64,000 nucleotides of DNA from Macrostomum lignano. Lineage: Eukaryota. Below, piece by piece: positions 1 to 10,305 of this stretch (positions within the stretch are counted from its first letter, which is position 1; every line of letters begins with the position of its first letter). The stretch spans positions 62,001-126,000 of the forward strand of contig NIVC01002369.1 in NCBI GenBank assembly GCA_002269645.1, given 5' to 3'. A model generated the notes under the pieces. The model saw only the letters and a program-made list of their open reading frames with translations. It had not been told where the DNA came from and did no database searches. The translations under genes and the position numbers were made by a program.

Positions 1-15
1 GCTCGAGGTTCAAAG

Positions 16-585
16 ATGCCGCATCAAAGCACGCCTGCGTCTGCAGCCACCGCAGCACCGATATTGTCACGGCTGGGACCAAGAACATCGCCTTGGCGAA
101 GCCCAAGACGATCATCACCATGGAGCCAGGGAGCTTTGCTGCCGAGCCCAAGAGTGTCACCATGGAAGAGCCTGTCGCCAAGACAGCAGAGACGATCGCC
201 GCCAAGGGAGGCAGCCGACTTTCGTAGAATAGTACGCAGATTGATCGAAACCCACGGCGCCGACATCGAGAGGCTGCACTATAATTTTTGGCAGTACATG
301 CTTTACCAAAGCTTACCACTAGCACTAGCTTACCTTCATCTGGACATACGCCAGCGACTGCCGCAAGCCTCCAAGGTCTGGCCAAGTGTCAAAATTCTGC
401 GGGAACAGTACTCCCATCAGGAAGCAGTCGCCGTCCTCCAGGATGTGGCTGACCAGTTGCACCAGAACTTCCGCAGTGACCGTCGACCACCCAACCACCA
501 GCTGATCAACGCCGAGATCGATTGGCTTTTCGGCCAAATCAAGTGGCCGTACTACCGTGACCTACCGCATCCCTGCCAGTTTTAA
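16..585 (+). CDS. Possible 3' coding segment of an unidentified gene or retroelement, truncated by the window start
   Basis: Open frame ending TAA at 585 with a protein-like C-terminal half (RRIVRRLIETHGADIERLHYNFWQYMLYQ...WPYYRDLPHPCQF). Sequence turns sharply AT-rich after the stop. No family recognised. Confidence 0.3.
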   Translation: MPHQSTPASAATAAPILSRLGPRTSPWRSPRRSSPWSQGALLPSPRVSPWKSLSPRQQRRSPPREAADFRRIVRRLIETHGADIERLHYNFWQYMLYQSLPLALAYLHLDIRQRLPQASKVWPSVKILREQYSHQEAVAVLQDVADQLHQNFRSDRRPPNHQLINAEIDWLFGQIKWPYYRDLPHPCQF

Positions 586-1169
586 GGACTGAATGTCGAG
601 TGATCTTAACAATTTGCACTATAAACAATTTCTTTCTTATGCTGTACTCTTTATTAATGTTGTACTTTTAATTTTAGCACTATTAGTTGAAATTTTTGCA
701 CTTAAAATTCATAATATTACTTTTGCGTTTAAAAATTTCTTTCAGAGGAGGAAAGTTGTGCTAGTGTATGTTCCTGTTAATTACCTTTACTATTCTTTGT
801 GCCTGATAAAATGCCTATTACAATTCATACATATAAATTAGCCGATTTATGACCATGTTAAATTCGCATGCAAACTAGAAACTAATTTTAGCATTTGTTT
901 TATTATGCAAAATATTATCAATAAATATTTTTGTTATAATCATAGCCATCTAAAACAGTATATATAATACGAGTGATTTTGCCAAATAAAAGTAACCTTT
1001 TCTTGCTCTCGAAATATATGTGCGCTATAATATTGGTTTGTTCTATATTCTCAGATAAACCTTGAAATCTTGTTGAGTTAGTTATTTTAAGGAAAGGGGA
1101 GTGACAGTGCTCAGAAACTTACTAAGAGAAGGGATTGGGAAAATATTACAAAAGGGAAATTCAGAGAGT

Positions 1170-1620
1170 TGTGCTGTGACCCTCTAATCCCGGTGAACAC
1201 CCGACTAGGACAATCTAAAAAGTTCATGTACTAGTACTAGACCGCTCAGGCCATACAAAGATGCTACCAGACTAATACATAAGACACTACATCAGACTAA
1301 TACATAAAACGCTACCAGAATATTCAAATGAAATTCTAAGAAACAGGTAGAAACATTAAGGAAGATTTGGTTACAGGTTATAGCAGTAGGATTTTGTATC
1401 GTACGGGAACACCCCTGCGACAACTTTGGTGTCAGCAGTAGAATTAGTGAGATAGTATTTAGAAGGAAGAATAAGCCCTGTTACAACTTTGGTGGCATAA
1501 CGGTGGAATTTTATAGAGAGCCAAAAGGCCCGTAACAACTTGGTATCAGGGGTTGTGATTAAAATTGATAAAGTAGGAGGTAAAACACCTGTTACAATAT
1601 TGTGCAGTAGTAGTAGAAGC
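1170..1620 (+). repeat. Dispersed repeat (possibly LTR-derived) with internal ~55-60 bp units; diverged inverted copy at ~63100-63655
   Basis: Shared blocks with the reverse complement of 63.1-63.65 kb: GCTGTGACCCTCT, AAACGCTACCAGAATA, ACAACTTTGGTGTCAGCAGTAG, CTGTTACAACTT(T)GGTGGCA. A purine tract AAGGAAAGGGGAG followed by TG lies at ~1089-1103. Confidence 0.6.
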
Positions 1621-2298
1621 AATCAACTTGGACTGTTTCTAATGCTGTTTCCAAGCTAAAAAGTCGAAAGGCGAAGAAAAAACCGAATGACTAGTGGCAT
1701 GGACATGAAGCCCAAAGTAGTGTTAATTAACCCCTTTAAAAACCTTGATAAAGGTTAGAACGTTACGTCTAAGGGGCTAATATCTTTAGACCCTATGCAT
1801 GCTAAGTCAACGCTAAATGAATTTGATGGAAAAAAAACTTGGCACGAACAGCAAAAAGTAGCGAGGAACATTTCAACCGCCATCTTTGACCCAGCACGCC
1901 TTAGCGAGAGTACTGAACTGAAATCAATCGCTCTGTCAATTTCCCAGCCTTATGAGTAGGCTTGAGTAGTAATTCGTCTTATTGATAACACGATGGATAA
2001 TTATAATAACGTATTTTAAAGGGTTTGCTGCACGATGATTTTTATGTAGGTGCTGTTTCTAAAAAACTGTATTTTAATCCTAAAAAGTCAAAGGACTTAA
2101 AAACCATAATTTTAAATTCTTAAAAAAGCACGTCAATAAGTGAACAAAAAGGTTAACCTTTATAGCATGCGACAAATTTTAACATAAATTTTGTTTAAAC
2201 TATCACAAATGAATTTATCAATGCAAAAGTTTTAAAAAGCTATTTGCCTAAAAAAATACTATATCAGCATTGATCAGAGGATTTCTCCCGGTAATAGC

Positions 2299-2570
2299 TA
2301 GGGTTCCGGCACCGGACCCGTTTTCTAATGTCTACGGATCCGGCAGTCTTCTGCAGGCAGTTATCTACTAATGAAGTCTTGAACATTAGAAGTATCTTGA
2401 TTTGAATCTCATCGTTTCGTTTTGATCTTATCTTGAACAAAACGCAATATCAACCACCCGTTAAAAAGTAAATGTTTCTGCTATATTATACCCATAAATT
2501 GCACTATTGGAATACATACCACTGCCAGATCCATAGCCGTTAGAAAATGGGTTCCGGTGCCGGAACTCTA
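2299..2570. mobile_element. hAT-type MITE
   Basis: ~50 bp imperfect TIRs (TAGGGTTCCGGCACCGGACCCGTTTTCTAA... at left, ...TTAGAAAATGGGTTCCGGTGCCGGAACTCTA at right). Flanked by an 8-bp duplication GTAATAGC / GCAATAGC (7/8). An 8-bp TSD is typical of hAT. Confidence 0.75.
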
Positions 2571-3310
2571 GCAATAGCCATTTCTCCCTGTCCCTAATGG
2601 ATTACTTTGTGGTCTTCTTAGTTTTCTGGCCTTGGGTTATTTGAGTTGCAATTTAAGTTGCTTTTTATACCATCCTGTGGTTATTTTTTACAATGTTTTA
2701 TAGTCGAATTAGTACTGGTACTAGTAGCTTTGTATTGTATTGTAATTTGTAGCACCTTGACCTTCCAGTATTTTTTCACTTTAACTTTAAGATAAGGTTG
2801 TTAATTTTTATTTTAAAAAAGCATTATTAACATCTATTTGTTCTGTAAATTTTTATGTTCATATTCAAATTTGGTGTAAACTATAGTAAATTTTTTTTAT
2901 CACTGACCAAGAAAACAATGTTAGGCCTATGTTAATGTGGTGAATATTATTTGTAATTAAATTTGTTTTGTAATTTTTTATATATAAACCAAATAAAAAA
3001 AGCTCCATTCATAATTTTTTGTATTGGCCAAGATATCCAATTTAATAACATAATGACCAACTAAATTTTTAAAAAGCTTTTTGAAAAATGAGACAAATGA
3101 GATGCTTTTGTCTTTGGACTTAGGCATTAGAAGCCATAGTTCAAAACACTGTTTTTAACTATCCTAGAAAAAAACAACCACATTTTTCGTATGTACTAAG
3201 TAACCAATTTATATTGGATAGGCCTATATATGTTATAAGCCTATTTATTCATAGTTGATTTATCTTAGGCCCTATTATGTCACCAAGTTCTTATAGTGCA
3301 AAAAATCCTT

Positions 3311-3752
3311 TTATAAAAGGCAGTGCTTATTCCCACGGTACTGTAGGAATAATTTCTGTCTTATTCCAATGGTACCGTGCGAATAATTTTCTGCCTATCC
3401 GCATGGCACACTGATGAGATAGCTGCCCTATCTTCTACATATGCCGTGCGAATAATTTCTGCTTATCCGCACGGCACACTGAGGAGATAGCTGCCCTATC
3501 TTCTACATATGCCGTGTGGGAAGTTTAGTACATACGATTTGAGTGCAGTATAACAACATAACTTGGCTTGAACATTTGTTCTAAAGAAATAAAGATTTAA
3601 CGACTTTACTATGAGAAAGAATTTTTTTGTGTAGTAACAAATGATTTAAATTGCGTGCCGTGCGGATAAGCAGAAAATTATTCGCACGGTACTGTTGGAA
3701 TAAGATAGAAATTATTCCTATGGTACCGTGGGGATAAGCACTGCCTTTATAA
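3311..3752. mobile_element. MITE with ~95 bp TIRs and an internal ~66 bp direct duplication
   Basis: Left AAAGGCAGTGCTTATTCCCACGGTACTGTAGGAATAATTTC... matches the reverse complement of 3655-3750. Superfamily and TSD unresolved (AT-rich palindromic flanks). Confidence 0.7.
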
Positions 3753-4019
3753 AAATCTTATATCCATATTATACAATTAGATGCGAATACAATCCACTTT
3801 GATAATAGCCATTTTGGCATTCTTTCATTTTACAATCCCTGAGCAGGTCAAGTTTCGTCTTATGATCCCTATTAAAAAAAGAGTTGAAAAGACATTCTAG
3901 TTTATCAAAAAAGTATGTTTCACATTCATTTTCCAATTGCAACTCACTTTCTAGTCAACCTAATTCATCACTGCAACTCACTTTTCAGTCAACTTGAGGA
4001 TCCTCAGCGTAGCATTAGT

Positions 4020-4675
4020 TATGAAAGCATGTAGCTTATATTCACTTTTGTCATACAATCATTTAAATGGTGAAGTTATATGTAGATGATCACAAGACGA
4101 AACCGAAAGAGCTTGTAGGTTTTTAATTACAATCACTGCATTGGTAGAATTGTATTAGAGAGATCGTATAACAAAAGTGAATGGATTACACATTCATCCC
4201 TGGCAAAGTTGCACTAATTCACGGCAGCTTCTCTAATCTCTATTAACAATCTACAGGGTTCAAGAATGAAATTGTATTCATTATAAGATTCACAAGTGTC
4301 ATCCCCCCTCACTTTCATCATACGATCCCCCTAGTTTATTGGACCTATGTGTTATACCAAGTGGTGATCGTATGACAAAAGTGAGGGGGGGGGCATAAGG
4401 CGGCGTCGGCGCCCAAAAAGGCTGTGCAAAAAGAGCTGTGTAAAAAGTGGGTGGCTTTTGGTTTGTGGATATATTAGAGGCTGCAATTGATTGTTTCGTT
4501 GAAACGTCTATTATAAGACAATATTTTTTGTTAAAATAACACTTAGAAGTGGTCCCATTTTGAAGTTCAATTTTAAGAGCAATTTTCCATTTTCCCTTGG
4601 GGGGGGGAACGTATAACAAAAGTCTCGACTCCCATAGGGACAGTGCTAGGTGATCGTAAAACAAAAGAATGCTGC
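4020..4675. repeat. Cluster of GATCGTAT(A/G)ACAAAAGTG-like motifs in both orientations, including a ~25 bp inverted pair (~4302-4327 / ~4368-4392)
   Basis: Motif copies near 4025 (rc), 4162, 4310 (rc), 4368, 4610 and 4653. The layout resembles subterminal repeats of a non-autonomous DNA transposon (inference). Confidence 0.45.
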
Positions 4676-5819
4676 CATTTTGGTAACAGCCACTTCAGTA
4701 ACAAAAAATGACCACTTCAATAATAGCCATTTTGGTAATAGCCACTTTGGTAACAAAGGAGATTTATAACTGTCAACACTTTATTCTTATGATAATTAGG
4801 TTTAGCAATAACTAGTTTAATAATTAATATCTAAAATATCTTATTGCTATATATGGTTAAAGTTTATAATTCAACTAATTAAACTTGCAGGTTAACTTTG
4901 TAAAAATTTAAAGGCAAAGAAAATTAAGTTAAGTATCAAGCAAGCTTGCATACATTGAAATTAAAGCAAAATTTAAATAATTAATAAAGAAAAAGGTACA
5001 TTCTGCAATTTTAATTGCTATTCACTAACTAGATCAAAGATTCTAATGTATCCAATATACAATATTTGGTTAATTATAGGATGTCTTAGGTCCATGTATT
5101 TGACTCATTTAGAAATTATATACAATCGCATTTTCTATATAGACTAGCATAACCTAAAAATGATTGTAAAACTAAGACTTCTATTTAAAAAACACCAATC
5201 AAAGACACAGGCCTGCCCAACCACTAAAGCATGTCTTAGACTTTTAAAGATAGTGCTTTATTCAATTAAATGAATAAATGGTTTTTTAGGCTAGCAGACT
5301 GCGTGGCTAGCCCTAGATGGCATAATTAATGGATTAGTTAGATATTGACTGAGTCACTTAGGCTGAGAGCAGATTTAACTTACCATTCAAGAATAATGCC
5401 AGTGTTATCTTCTGGTTGGCAACAAAAGCAATGACTGGAATACTGATATTATGACTTGCATGGGGACAGTTTTCAATTGTAGCAGCAAAGCCTATTCTGT
5501 CCAAAAGCTTGATGAACTGAGTAATAAGTAAAAGCCTGCTTCTAATTTCTTTAAATGCCTTGCAAAGTAGCAACAATAGCTTCTATGATAGGGTGTAGAA
5601 TTTAAGCAAGTATATTATCCTTTATAGTAAGGATTTCCTTTGCAGAATCATGCTTATTATTTATATTTGATACCATAACCACATAATATACTTGTATGAC
5701 ATTACTTTACACTTGTAAAGAAATTAATGCAATGATTTTAAAGCAGTTTACATGATAAAAAATAAATATTGTTCTCTGCTTCAGATAATGTTGCGCCTTT
5801 GAAAGTCAGAAAAACCACA

Positions 5820-8101
5820 ATGTCTTTCAAATTGTTGCCCAAGTCTACAGAAGAGTTTTCTGATACCAAATTTTGGGAAGGATTTTTTAAGACACGCGGA
5901 AGCAAGGCGTTTGAATGGTATTTCTTTGATTTTGTGTTATCACGGATTTAAATAAGTGATTAATTATTGATTTAATGCTAATAAAATACTTCTAGGTATG
6001 GGGAATACCAGGACATGGTGGAGTTGTGGGCACAGTATGTGAAAACTGGCGATCGCGTACTCAACATTGGCTGCGGCAATTCCAATCTGGGCGCTGAGTT
6101 GCACGACTATCAAAACTGCGAAGTCCTGTGCATTGACACCAGCTCCACTGTGGTGCAACAGATGTCACGAAAGCACAGTAAACGACCCAAACTATCCTAT
6201 CGCGTGATGGACGCCGCCAATCTTGAAGGCCTCGATGATGGCAGCTTTGCCTGCGCTGTAGACAAAGGCACCCTTGATGCTTTGATGTCGGCCGCAGATT
6301 CCTCTATTCAAGCTGTTGTTGATGGCATGCTGGCCGAGGCGCATCGGGTACTGCGGGTTGGCGGCAGGCATCTCATTGTTAGCCTTTGTCAGAAACAAGT
6401 TGTTGATAAACTAGTGCAGCACATCTCTCTGAGGTTTGTGAATTTGTCTTATGTTCTTTTTGGAATAAAAATCCCCTTGGAAAGAAATCTTACTAATCAT
6501 GTGAAAACCTGCCACTCATTCCTTAAAAATCTCATTTGTATCCCGTGCGAAATCTTAGATTTATCCAGTGAGAAATCTCCCATTTATCCAGTGAGAAATC
6601 TCCTATTTCTATACTTATTATCTCCCATAAATTTTGCAGGCCGTGGATAGCCCGAGTCCACCAGGTCGCATCAACATCGGCCTCGGACTCTTCCGGCTTT
6701 CCTTTGCCGGTGTTTTTTATCGCCCTAACCAAACTGCGCCCAGCAGCAACGGCAACTGCAGTCTCTTCCATAGTGCAGGTGCAGGACGCCTATTCCACTG
6801 GACCGCCTGAACGACTTGATTCAGTGGCCAGCCTCACTGATTGGATTCGGCAAGTTCAACTAACAGCTTATTCCTTGTCTCGATCTTCCGGTATGGAAAT
6901 CAACAGCACTGATGCTTTCGGCGATGCCGACAGTCAATGCCGGGTGACTCAGTTCAGTTATTCTTGCGGTCGCACCGGTTTGCCAACTTTCACCTGTCAC
7001 TTGTTGACGCATGTCGCTACATCGTCTCGTCGACGTACTGGCTACGCTGTCTTTATTGAACCGTTAGGATCGTCTGCCTGTCGATTGTCGCCTAGCGATC
7101 GGCGAGATCTGCTAGAATCGCAGTCTAATTTGCGTCGATTATTATTTGTTAAATTGCATCCCTGGCTGCACTACCAGTCGGACACAGCGTTGCAAGCTTC
7201 GCTGTCTCGCCTAGTGATGGCATTTGCGCCTAAGCCTGGCATGCCAGAGTCTCAGGTGCCTTTCTTAAGCACTGGCCGGCTAGCTTATCCTTATCAGTCA
7301 GTTGCTACTCGAGTTGGGTATATTGTTGAACAATCCGAGGATGATAGTCAAACTAAAGAGCTCCGATTGCTACGCCCGGAAAGCGACCTGTCGCCGCTGC
7401 TTTGCTGCGCCAATGCCGCTCTGGTCAAGTCAGTGTCATCGACCGTCTGTTCCGACATTGTTGCTGAAGCTGGCAACAGTCCGTTGGGTCGCCTGCTAGA
7501 TCAGCTTATTGGTATTAGTAGCGACACCAACCCATGTGCTTTGATCAATTGGCCTTGCAATCTTGACTGGCTGTTGACGTACAAGCATCGTCAACCTGAG
7601 AGGCCGCCTCCGAAGCTGTACGTGTCTGCATCGTCTCCGGCTGTTAGCCTTCTTGCCGAGTATTTTAACCTCACCTGGACTGCTACTAAGCAGCCGTTTG
7701 CATTGGATTCTCGGCACCGTCTAGTGGTTCTGTTTCCTCCTGCTGACTCTCTGGCATCATATGCTGCAGCTGTGACACCCGAATCTATTGCTAGCCTAGC
7801 CAGTGCTATAGAATCGGACGGCTGCTTGCTGCTGGCTACTAGACTATTCGATTCTAAGCAACAAGTTTCGAATATTAATGCCGGAGCTGTAGATTCGCTG
7901 CGTCAGTGTAGTCAATTTGTTGACGTCATTTGCGCTGCCTTTTCTGATGAGGATGTCAACGTTGAACAGGTAGAAATTGACGAGTCCGCTGAGCATCGCT
8001 GTCGTTGGTGGATTGCCTGCGCTCTGATGTCGATTGAATCGAAGTCTTTGATTGAAGACTTTCTTGCTGGTTTGCCTGGCTGTCAACTGATTAAAGCTTG
8101 A
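5820..8101 (+). CDS. METTL13: eEF1A methyltransferase METTL13 ortholog; exons 5820-5917, 5996-6433, 6640-8101 (665 aa)
   Basis: Spliced translation MSFKLLPKSTEEFSDTKFWEGFFKTRGSKAFEW|YGEY...VLNIGCGNS...VDKGTLDALM...MLAEAHRVLRVGGRHLIVSL...R|PWIARVHQVA...LPVF...QVPFLSTG matches METTL13 motifs. GT-AG introns with consistent phase 2/2; total 1998 nt. Confidence 0.93.
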
Positions 8102-8338
8102 GCTGACTATGATGAGTTACGGCAAAAAGTAGATTTTGTGTTTTTAGAGAACATTAAAGGTCATTTTGAAGTCAGTTGTAAAATAAAATTATGAAAATTT
8201 GATACTCTATGTGAGAAGCATTTGTTGTCATTATTGACCAACAGTTCTGCCAATTCTTTTAACAACACGTCGCTTTTTGTGTCTTTTTTCAATTTTTAGC
8301 TTCTAGGTTAAAAGTTTGTGTTATTAGGTTAGGCAAAA

Positions 8339-8408
8339 GTGATGATATTACTGGTCCGTGTTTCTGAGCCACCCGTATTGCGGTGCTGCTGATAACTACC
8401 AGATCTGA
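8339..8408 (+). ncRNA. SNORD18: Box C/D snoRNA, U18/SNORD18-like, copy 1 (most diverged)
   Basis: C box GTGATGA, guide TGGTCCGTGTTT + D' box CTGA, terminal D box CTGA, closing stem GGCA/TGCC. The guide is complementary to conserved LSU rRNA AAACACGGACCA. Confidence 0.85.
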
Positions 8409-8463
8409 ATGCCTTTGAGGATGCGTCTATTTATATTAGACTTTATTAGATCCATATACAGCA

Positions 8464-8536
8464 ATGATGAGATTTCTGGTCCGTGTTTCTGATTACCCAT
8501 TCAAGCGGTAATGCTGTTACTTTTTACCAGAACTGA
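8464..8536 (+). ncRNA. SNORD18: Box C/D snoRNA, U18/SNORD18-like, copy 2
   Basis: ATGATGA...TGGTCCGTGTTTCTGA...CTGA with CAGCA/TGCTG terminal stem. Confidence 0.85.
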
Positions 8537-8576
8537 ATGCTGTTTAAATTAGTCTCAAAACCTGAAATAATCAGCA

Positions 8577-8650
8577 ATGATGAGATTTCTGGTCCGTGTT
8601 TCTGATTACCCATTTCAAGCGGTAATGCTGTTACTTTTTACCAGAACTGA
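8577..8650 (+). ncRNA. SNORD18: Box C/D snoRNA, U18/SNORD18-like, copy 3
   Basis: Same boxes and guide; CAGCA/TGCTG terminal stem. Confidence 0.85.
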
Positions 8651-8691
8651 ATGCTGTTTAAATTTAGTTTCAAAACCTGAAATAATTAACT

Positions 8692-8764
8692 ATGATGAGA
8701 TTTCTGGTCCGTGTTTCTGATTACCCATTCAAGCGGTAATGCTGTTAATCTTTACCAGAACTGA
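8692..8764 (+). ncRNA. SNORD18: Box C/D snoRNA, U18/SNORD18-like, copy 4
   Basis: Same boxes and guide; weaker AT-rich terminal stem. Confidence 0.8.
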
Positions 8765-8857
8765 AATTACTTAGTCTATGAAGGTTGGGTTTATTGATTA
8801 ATTAAGGCAGGTGTTTTTATACTGTTACTATCGTTAATTTCAGCTTAAACTGACAAC

Positions 8858-9704
8858 ATGACCAACACAAGGGTATTCGCCGCGGCACGCGTACATGTTT
8901 GCCAGGATTTCCGACGCCGCGGTGCCCTCCCGCTGTCCACCTACATGCGGGTGTTTAAACGCGGTGACATTGTCGATATTAAAGGCAACGGCAGCATACA
9001 GAGAGGTATGCCGTATAAAACCTATCACGGCAAAACTGGCCGCGTGTACAATGTCACACCACACGCTGTCGGTGTGATTGTTAATAAGCAGGTAAGTTCG
9101 CGTAAAATTTATACAGAGTCCTGAATTTTAAAACTCCTGACCACTTGTAGTCACCCTGCAATGACTGTCAGTCCTGTCACTTGTGTAACTCACCTGTCAT
9201 TTTGTGTAACTCACCTGTCATTTTGAGTGACTCACCTGTCATTTGAGTGACTCACCTGTCATCTGAGTGACTCACCTGTCATTTGAGTGACACCTGTCAT
9301 CTGAGTGACACCTGTCATCTGAGTGACACCTGTCATCTGAGTGACACCTGTCATCTGAGTGACACCTGTCATCTGAGTGACTCACCTGTCATCTTAGTGA
9401 CTCACCTGTCATCTGAATGACACATAACGATCGCCTCACCACCCCACAAATTCACCAGGTGCGCAACCGCGTGATCCCCAAACGGATCAACGTCCGCATC
9501 GAGCACGTGAATCCCAGCAAGTGCCGACTGGACTTTCTTCGCCGCGTCAAAGAGAACGACATCAAGCGACGCGAGGCCAAAGCCGCTGGCAAGAAAATCT
9601 CCCTGAAGCGTCGGCCGCAGGGTCCGAGGCGCGCCACCATTGTGAAGACTAAGAAGAACAAGCCCCAGCTGCTGGAGCCGCTGCCCTACGAGCTGATCGC
9701 TTAG
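8858..9704 (+). CDS. RPL21: 60S ribosomal protein L21 (eL21); exons 8858-9091 and 9459-9704; residues ~5-17 frameshifted as assembled
   Basis: [54 protein letters not shown]|[17 protein letters not shown]...; donor CAG|GTAAGT, acceptor CACCAG|GTG, phase 0. Confidence 0.95.
9172..9416. repeat. 18-20 bp minisatellite (GAGTGA(CT)CACCTGTCATCT) in the RPL21 intron
   Basis: About 12 tandem copies seen directly. Confidence 0.9.
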
Positions 9705-9940
9705 GCATTAAAAGGGGCCTGCGTAATTCTATACAATATTACATCTAGACTCGAGTAATGGGCAAATGAATTTTCAATTCCGAGAATTATGAAATAAAAA
9801 ACACCGGCCTGTGGTTGTGTTGTTGTTGGACAACTAAAGCTCTATTGGATGAAAGAATTGCGTTAGTGTTGTGTTGCTTCTTTTGATGATAATATAATTA
9901 GCTTTTTCTATTGACTTTCGGCTTGTTAGGCTGCAATGTA

Positions 9941-10232
9941 CAGCCTCCTAGATCCTCAGTTGCTTGGCTATTGTCACTCCCTGATCCCCAGTTGCTGGGC
10001 CATCCAGCCTCCCAGATCCTCAGTTTCTGGGTCAGCCTCCCAGATCCCCAGTTGCTGGGCCAGCCTCCCAGATCCTCAGTTGTTGGGCCACCAGCCTCCC
10101 AGATCCTCAGTTATTGGGCTACCAGCCTCCCAGATCCCCACTTGCTGGGCCAGCCTCCCAGATCCCCAGTTGCTGGGCCAGCCTCCCAGATCCTCAGTTG
10201 CTGGGGCAGCCTCCCAGATCTCCAGTTGCTAG
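9941..10232. repeat. 31/34 bp minisatellite (CAGCCTCCCAGATCC(C/T)CAGTTGCTGGGC) upstream of the C14orf93-like gene
   Basis: About 9 tandem copies, ending just before an acceptor CACCCAG at 10247. Confidence 0.9.
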
Positions 10233-10305
10233 GCCATTGTCACCCAGTACTCAGACTCAACTGCGTGTTACCATCACCATTTATGCCAATCGGACAACCA
10301 ACACA

